Positions 12,361 through 19,512 of a stretch of DNA of 22,107 nucleotides are shown here, piece by piece; within the stretch, counting starts at the first letter, position 1; every line of letters begins with the position of its first letter. The position numbers and the translations under genes are program-made. The notes under the pieces were generated by a model. That model was not told the origin of the DNA. It worked only from the letters and a program-made list of their open reading frames with translations, and did no database searches. The stretch is from NCBI GenBank assembly GCA_040954595.2, contig CM082594.2, positions 1 to 22,107 of the forward strand, written 5' to 3'. The DNA comes from Balanoglossus misakiensis (Eukaryota > Animalia > Hemichordata).

Positions 12361-13108
12361 CATGATGTTTCAGAAATAGGTCAAGGGTCATTGCCAAAAT
12401 TACAAAAATATTTGTGTCATGTCCTGGCAGCATTGGTACCCATGTCCTCAAAATTCATGACTGTGGTGCTTTTACAAGAGGAGGTATGGGGAATATGCAT
12501 ATATAATTAGTTGTTTTAAAACTGGGTCAAAGGTCATGTAAAAATTGCCCCGAAAAATTGTGACAACTTCCGGTCATATGATGACTCATATCCAAAAAAA
12601 GAATTTCCATGCTGTCAACATTTTGGCTACAAAACGGAATTATCACTTTTCAATGGTTTTCCGAAAATCCAACATGGCCGCCATAATGATCGACCAATCA
12701 CAGTGCGCTTCGCAAACTTGATAGACATAGGTTAGGTGACCACATATCCCAAATCCCGAGACTCGGTAACCGCTGGTTCTGGAGAAGAAGATTTTTAAAG
12801 TTTTAAGTAGTTTTTCAGAAAAACAATTGTAGCAAAAAAACTTTATGTATGACGTCATGATTTTAGTGGGGTAAAATGATGGACATAAGGTAGGCTACCT
12901 GCACACCAAATTTGAACTCGATCGGCCCAGTGGTTTTAGAGAAGGACTCATTTAACGATTTTCAGGAAATCCAATATGGCCGCCAGGTCACGTGACTAAT
13001 TAAATATTCACGAGCCACTGCACGTCTACTCATTGGCCCCTACCACCCTACCAAGTTTCAGCCCCCTAGGTGCTGCGGTTTTCCAGATCTACCTGGCCGA
13101 ATTTCTCG

Positions 13109-13130
13109 GAAGAAGAAGAAGAATAATAAT
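13109..13130. repeat. (GAA)n(TAA)n microsatellite of the outer element, the target of the nested insertion
   Basis: gaagaagaagaagaataataat, continuing as ataaagaaaaattcc at 14616 after the inner element. Confidence 0.8.
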
Positions 13131-13924
13131 TAAAGCTGCGAGCAGCATTGTCGGGCCCAAGCGCTGATCTTGAATTATATATGCACAGTGTGAATGAGAA
13201 GAAACAGAATTTTCTATCAGATGTATTATCTCATGACATAACAAGGATATGTGTATTGTTGCTGCTGAAATAGGGTGAAGTAGGTCAAAGGTCACCTAAG
13301 GTCACCCAACATTTGGGCAATTTTTTTTTACCCATACTGGTCCATGTCCAACAAAACCAAAACTCTAGCTCTTTTGGTTCGGATGTAATTAGGTATATGC
13401 ATATTTAATGAGGTCAGCAGGTGTCACAGGTGACCCAAAAATGTGGCTTTACATTCTGGTCCCATCCTACAAAATGCCATGGCTGTATCTGCTCTGGATG
13501 CTGAGATATGCGAAAGTAGGTCAAAGGTCACCAGAGGTCACCCAACATTTGGGCAAAAAATTTTGATCCCATACTGGTCCATGTCCAACAAAAACAATAC
13601 CTCTAGCTCTATTGGTTGGCCTGTAATTAGCTATGCACATAATTAATGAGGTCAGCAGAGGTCAAAGGGGTCATGAAAAGTAGCAAAATATTTTGATCAC
13701 ACACTAATCCACATGCATCAAAAACCAAAAGTCTAGCCCTATAGGTTAGCCTGGAATTAGATATGCAGAAATAATAACGCGTGATAAGTAGGTCAAAGGT
13801 CATGTGAAAAATCGCCAAAAATTTGTAACATGTTTTAGTCATATGACGAGTGATATCCATGAAAAGAATTTGTATGCTATCAATTTTTAGACTAGGAAAA
13901 GGAATTTCAATTTTTCACTGCTTT

Positions 13925-14235
13925 TTACAAAATCCAATATGGCCGCCATAATCTTCGACCAATCACAATGCTCTTTGCAAACTTGATAGACATCAGTGTA
14001 GTGACCATACTCCCCGAATCTTGCGACTCAGATATCGCCCGTTCTGGAGAGGAAGATTTTTGGAGTTTTACTATGGTTTTTAGAAAATCCAATATGGCCG
14101 CCATAATCTCCGACCAATCACAATGCTTCTTATCAAACTTGATAGACATCTGTTAGGTGACCACATACCCCAAACCCCGTGACTCGGTTATCACCGGTTC
14201 TGGAGGAGAAGATTTTTGAAATTTAAGCCAGATTT
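13925..14235. repeat. ~155-bp internal tandem duplication in the inner element
   Basis: aaaatccaatatggccgccataatct...cgaccaatcacaatgct...caaacttgatagacatc...gttctggag..gaagattttt at 13929 and 14084. The outer element has one such copy (12664). Confidence 0.9.
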
Positions 14236-14537
14236 CAGAAAAAAAATTGTAGCAAAAAAACTGCAACATTTACAGCAAAATATCCAATTACAAAAATGAT
14301 GGGCAGAAGGTAGTCTACCTGCATGCCAAATTTGAAGTAGATCTGACTTGTAGTTTCTGAGATCTGAGATTTGCTTTTTTTCAGAAAATCCAATATGGCC
14401 GCCAGGTCACGTGACTAATTAAAAATTCAAGAGTTCAATGCACGACTACCCATTGACCTTGACCACTGTAGCAAGTTTGAGAAGTGTACCTGCAGCGGTG
14501 TCTGTGATCTAGAGCGACAAAGAAGTGAACCAAGAAT

Positions 14538-14566
14538 AAAGAAAGAAAGAAAGAAAGAAAGAAAAA
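14538..14566. repeat. (GAAA)n microsatellite of the inner element
   Basis: aaagaaagaaagaaagaaagaaagaaaaa next to the terminal hairpin, the position where HINE/DINE-1-type elements typically carry a microsatellite. Confidence 0.9.
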
Positions 14567-16559
14567 CCCCAACGAAACCAATAGGGCCCAAGCGCTGCTG
14601 TGCGCTTGGGCCCTAATAAAGAAAAATTCCAACAATACCAATAGGGGCACAAGCCCGATAGGCTTGTGCCCCTAAAAAACCTTCGTTCTTCGAATTTGGT
14701 GCCCTGATCATATATGACATGTTGATTGTATGTTAAAACTTTCGACCACTCCAAAAATGCAGAGATATTGACGGAATTCAAGAAAAAATAGCCATTTTGG
14801 CCAATATTTTGACAAAATGGTACATTTTTAAAAAATCATAAAAAATAAACTCTTTTCTTCATTTTCGGAAATATTATGGAGCATGAAGTGTCGTTCTCTT
14901 GTAAAAAGTGCTGCAAATTCCAGAAAATGTGGTATAATTTGAATCACCCAAGACAAAATTGCAATTTTTCGACTTTTTTCGAAAAATTGTCTTTTTTACA
15001 AAATAAATAAGATACATTCTTTTCTTAGTTTCAAACGGGTAGAGATACTTTCCACACGGGTTTTCTAACATTGAATTCCCGTCATCAACTCAGATTTCCT
15101 ACAGCATAAGTCGGCTAAAACCCTGACACTCTAGAGCAGAAACAGTTGCACACTGGTAACGTTGAACAAGTCGATTTTTCTACGGCCTGGCTCGGCTAAA
15201 TCTCCGTCACAATATGACAGACACTAGCGTACGTTAGCAACGGTGATCAAGTCAGATTTTCTACGTCATGGGTTGGATAAAGCCCCGGCACTCTAGAGCA
15301 GAAACACGCGTACAGAGACCACGTTGATCAAGTCTGATCTCCTACGGCTTGGCTCGACTAAAACCCCGGCACACTATGACAGACATTAGCGTTCGTTAGC
15401 AACGTTGATCAAGTCAGATTTCCTACGGCATGGCTTGGCTAAAGCCCTGGCACTCTAGAGCAGAAACACGCGTACAGAGACCACGTTGATCTACTCACAT
15501 TTCCTTCGGCCTGGCACGGCTGATGCCCCCGGCACTATATATAGGACACAAACTGGCGTAAGTTAACAACGGTAATCACGTCGGGTTTCCCCGGCCTGGC
15601 TCAGCTGAAGCCCCGGCACTCTAGAGCAGAAACAGGCGTACATTGACCACGTTGATCAAGTAAGATTTCCTACGGCGTGACTCGGCTGGTGCACCGGCTC
15701 TATATGACACAGACTGGGCGTAAGTTATCAACGGTGATTACGTCGGATTTCTACGCATGGTTTAGCTGAAGCCCCGGCACTTTAGAGCGGAAACACGCGT
15801 ACATTGACCACGATGATCAAGTCAGATCTCCTACGGCCTGGCTCGACTAAAACCCCGGCACACTATGACAGACACTAGCGTTCGTTAGCAACGTTGATCA
15901 AGTCAGATTTCCTACGGCATGGCTCAGCTGAAGCCCCAGGCACTCTAGAGCAGAAACAGGCGTACATTGACCACGTTGATCAAGTCCAGATTTCCTACGG
16001 CGTGACTCGGCTGGTGCACCGGCTCTATATGACACAGACTGGCGTAAGTTATCAACGGTGATTACGTCGGATTTCCTACGGCCTGGTTTAGCTGAAGCCC
16101 CCGGCACTTTAGAGCGGAAACACGCGTACATTGACCACGATGATCAAGTCAGATCTCCTACGGCCTGGCTCGACTAAAACCCCGGCACACCATGACAGAC
16201 ACTAGCGTTCGTTAGCAACGGTGATCAAGTCGGATTTCCTTCGGCCTGGCTCTGCAAAAGACCCGACACTCTAGTACAAAGACGTTGGCTAAGTCGGGCA
16301 AACCGAACAGGGAAAGTCACAGCGGGTCAACACTCGACATTTGTTCCGGTAGGACTGCTTTATTGCCTGTCAATTTATAGAGAAAGCCCGAATTTAACCA
16401 GGGCGTTTCAAACACCGACGTTAGTTGGGGGCACGGCCTGCAGTACTGCCGGGTAAGCTGACATCAGCGTACCGCATATAATGTAGGGGGGGGGGGAACA
16501 GAACGGTTAAATACTACATTTATCAGATATCAGCTAATTTTGGACAATCATCTAAAATG

Positions 16560-17460
16560 TAAATCATCTTTTCATATTTGGATATCTGATGATGTATGAA
16601 ATTTCCAATATATGTAAAAATGGTGCTGATTATAAAAAATGCACTCTGAATGAGCTGATTTAATACAAAATTGCGTTTTATTCGTTTTTGCACAAAAAGG
16701 TCATTTTTAGGCAAAACATTCTTTATTTTTTTAATTCGGTGACCTGATCATATATAAGCAATTGCTTGCATGTTAAAAGTTTTTATGACTTTTAAAAGCA
16801 GTGACACTGGCGGCATTCAACACGAAAATAACAATTTTAACCACAATTTGGTCAAAATGGTAAATTTTTGAAAATTACAAAAAATACCTGTTTTCTACAT
16901 TTTCGGAAATCTGATGGAGTATAGAATGCTCTTCGTATATATATATCGATACAAATTCCACAAAAGACCGTCTAATTTGGCTCACTGCAGACAAAATTGC
17001 GTTTTACCAAATTTTCCTTGAAAATGTCATTTTTAGAAAAATAAAATAAAAAAACCTTCGTTCTTCGAATTTGGTGCCCTGATCATATATGATATGTTGA
17101 TTGTATGTTAAAACTTTCGACCACTCCAAAAATGCAGAGATATTGACGGAATTCAAGAAAAAATAGCCATTTTGGCCATATTTTGACAAAATGGTACATT
17201 TTTAAAAAATCATAAAAAATAAACTCTTTTCTTCATTTTCGGAAATATTATGGAGCATGAAGTGTCGTTCTCTTGTAAAAAGTGCTGCAAATTCCAGAAA
17301 ATGTGGTATAATTTGAATCACCCAAGACAAAATTACCATTTTCGACTTGTTTTCGAAAAATTGTCTTTTTTACAAAATAAATAAGAATAAATTCTTTTCT
17401 TAGTTTCAAACGGGTAGAGATACTTTCCACACGGGTTTTCTAACATTGAATTCCCGTTTA
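16560..17460. repeat. AT-rich sub-array of degenerate ~160-168-bp repeats with a ~335-bp dimer (representative copy)
   Basis: cctgatcatatat...tgttaaaa at 16743 and 17078 (335 apart); tttcggaaat at 16901 and 17237 (336 apart); caaaatt(g/a)c at 16666, 16992 and 17328. A related ttYgg...ctgat motif at ~16577, 16735, 16902, 17070 and 17238 suggests a half-period. Confidence 0.75.
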
Positions 17461-18325
17461 TCAACTCAGATTTCCTACAGCATAAGTCGGCTAAAACCCT
17501 GACACTCTAGAGCAGAAACAGTTGCACACTGATAACGTTGAACAAGTCGATTTTTCTACGGCCTGGCACGGCTAAATCTCGTCACAATATGACAGACACT
17601 AGCGTACGTTAGCAACGGTGATCAAGTCAGATTTTCAACGGCATGGGTTGGATAAAGCCCCGGCACTCTAGAGCAGAAACACGCATACAGAGACCACGTT
17701 GATCAAGTCTGATCTCCTACGGCTTGGCTCGACTAAAACCCCGGCACACTATGACAGACACTAGCGTTCGTTAGCAACGTTGATCAAGTCAGATTTCCTA
17801 CGGCATGGCTTTGCTAAAGCCCTGACACTCTAGAGCAGAAACACGCGTACAGAGACCACGTTGATCTACTCACATTTCCTTCGGCCTGGCACGGCTGATG
17901 CCCCGGCACTATATATAGGACACAGACTGGCGTAAGTTAACAACGGTAATCACGTCGGGTTTCCTACGGCCTGGCTCAGCTGAAGCCCCGGCACTCTAGA
18001 GCAGAAACAGGCGTACATTGACCACGTTGATCAAGTCAGATTTCCTACGGCGTGACTCGGCTGGTGCACCGGCTCTATATGACACAGACTGGCGTAAGTT
18101 ATCAACGGTGATTACGTCGGATTTCCTACGGCCTGGTTTAGCTGAAGCCCCGGCACTTTAGAGCGGAAACACGCGTACATTGACCACGATGATCAAGTCA
18201 GATCTCCTACGGCCTGGCTCGACTAAAACCCCGGCACACCATGACAGACACTAGCGTTCGTTAGCAACGGTGATCAAGTCGGATTTCCTTCGGCCTGGCT
18301 CTGCAAAAGACCCGACACTCTAGTA
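17461..18325. repeat. GC-rich sub-array of ~81-bp monomers (alternating A/B types, 162-bp dimer), 10 full plus 1 partial; equivalent blocks at ~618-947, 2130-2786, 3292-3990, 5174-6040, 6699-7565, 8223-9090, 10277-11143, 15085-16277, 19513-20378 and 21565-22107
   Basis: Monomer starts at 17461, 17542, 17622, 17703, 17784, 17865, 17950, 18031, 18112, 18193 and 18274 (spacing 80-81, one of 85). A-type carries cactctagagcagaaaca; B-type carries atgacagacactagcg or gacacagactggcg. Confidence 0.95.
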
Positions 18326-19512
18326 CAAAGACGTTGGCTAAGTCGGGCAAACCGAACAGGGAAAGTCACAGCGGGTCAACACTCGACATTTGTTCCGGTA
18401 GGACTGCTTTATTGCCTGTCAATTTATAGAGAAAGCCCGAATTTAACCAGGGCGTTTCAAACACCGACGTTAGTTGGGGGCACGGCCTGCAGTACTGCCG
18501 GGTAAGCTGACATCAGCGTACCGCATATAATGTAGGGGGGGGGGGGAACAGAACGGTTAAATACTACATTTATCAGATATCAGCTAATTTTGGACAATCA
18601 TCTAAAATGTAAATCATCTTTTCATATTTGGATATCTGATGAAGTATGAAATTTCCAATATATGTAAAAATGGTGCTGATTATAAAAAATGCACTCTGAA
18701 TGAGCTGATTTAATACAAAATTGCGTTTTATTCGTTTTTGCACCAAAAAGGTCATTTTTAGGCAAAACATTCTTTATTTTTTTAATTCGGTGACCTGATC
18801 ATATATAAGCAATTTCTTGCATGTTAAAAGTTTTTATGACTTTTAAAAAGCAGTGACACTGGCGGCATTCAACACGAAAATAACAATTTTAACCACAATT
18901 TGGTCAAAATGGTAAATTTTTGAAAATTACAAAAAATACCTGTTTTCTACATTTTCGGAAATCTGATGGAGTATAGAATGCTCTTCGTATATATATATCG
19001 ATACAAATTCCACAAAAGACCGTCTAATTTGGCTCACTGCAGACAAAATTGCGTTTTACCAAATTTTCCTTGAAAATGTCATTTTTAGAAAAATAAAATA
19101 AAAAAACCTTCGTTCTTCGAATTTGGTGCCCTGATCATATATGATATGTTGATTGTATGTTAAAACTTTCGACCACTCCAAAAATGCAGAGATATTGACG
19201 GAATTCAAGAAAAAATAGCCATTTTGGCCATATTTTGACAAAATGGTACATTTTTAAAAAATCATAAAAAATAAACTCTTTTCTTCATTTTCGGAAATAT
19301 TATGGAGCATGATGTGTCGTTCTTTTGTAAAAAGTGCTGCAAATTCCAGAAAATGTGGTATAATTTGAATCACCCAAGACAAAATTGCCATTTTCGACTT
19401 GTTTTCGAAAAATTGTCTTTTTTACAAAATAAATAAGAATACATTCTTTTCTTAGTTTCAAACGGGTAGAGATACTTTCCACACGGGTTTTCAAACATTG
19501 AATTCCCGTTTA
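17461..19512. repeat. Representative full-length 2,052-bp higher-order unit
   Basis: GC block ~17461-18325, unique segment ~18326-18600, AT-rich block ~18600-19512. The next unit starts identically at 19513. Confidence 0.95.

Larger units (their letters stand above)
13128..14615 (-). mobile_element. Inner (nested) non-autonomous Helentron-like element, ~1.49 kb, related to the outer one
   Basis: Right end: hairpin tagggcccaagcgc-tgctgt-gcgcttgggcccta (14582-14615) preceded by (GAAA)n. Left end: aattaaa, gctgc-ga-gcagc (13135-13146), then gggcccaagcgctg (13153-13166). The interior is collinear with the outer element. Boundaries are +/-2 bp. Confidence 0.82.
11917..14674 (-). mobile_element. 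Outer non-autonomous Helentron-like element (HINE/Helitron2-type), ~1.27 kb of its own sequence, split by a nested element
   Basis: Right end: 14-bp-stem hairpin taggggcacaagcc-cgata-ggcttgtgccccta (14642-14674). Left end: subterminal ggggcacaagc (11942-11952) plus stem-loop gctgc-aa-gcagc (11924-11935). Removing 11917-14674 restores the 7-A run seen in uninterrupted units (e.g. 9864-9870), so no TSD and a T-run target on the minus strand. No coding capacity. Classification is from terminal architecture only. Confidence 0.82.

Noticed and set aside
11917-14674. LTR pair or simple tandem dimer
   Set aside because: No TG...CA ends, PBS or PPT. The matching of terminal repeats (outer with outer, inner with inner) indicates nesting rather than head-to-tail duplication.
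11839-14781. ORFs within the insertion as a transposase or Rep/helicase
   Set aside because: All are 90 aa or shorter, overlap on both strands, cross element boundaries, and lack HUH, helicase, RT or DDE motifs.
16575-16620. Hammerhead-ribozyme-like core ctgatga-tgtat-gaaa (once per unit)
   Set aside because: No stem II closing pair, no proper stem III before a UH site, and no stem I pairing adjacent to the core. The motif is just one variant of the 168-bp AT repeat. An RNAmotif/Infernal search would settle it.
17461-19512. 5S rDNA, tRNA, snRNA or histone tandem array (suggested by the ~2-kb period)
   Set aside because: No recognisable 5S, tRNA cloverleaf/A-B box, U snRNA or histone sequence on either strand.
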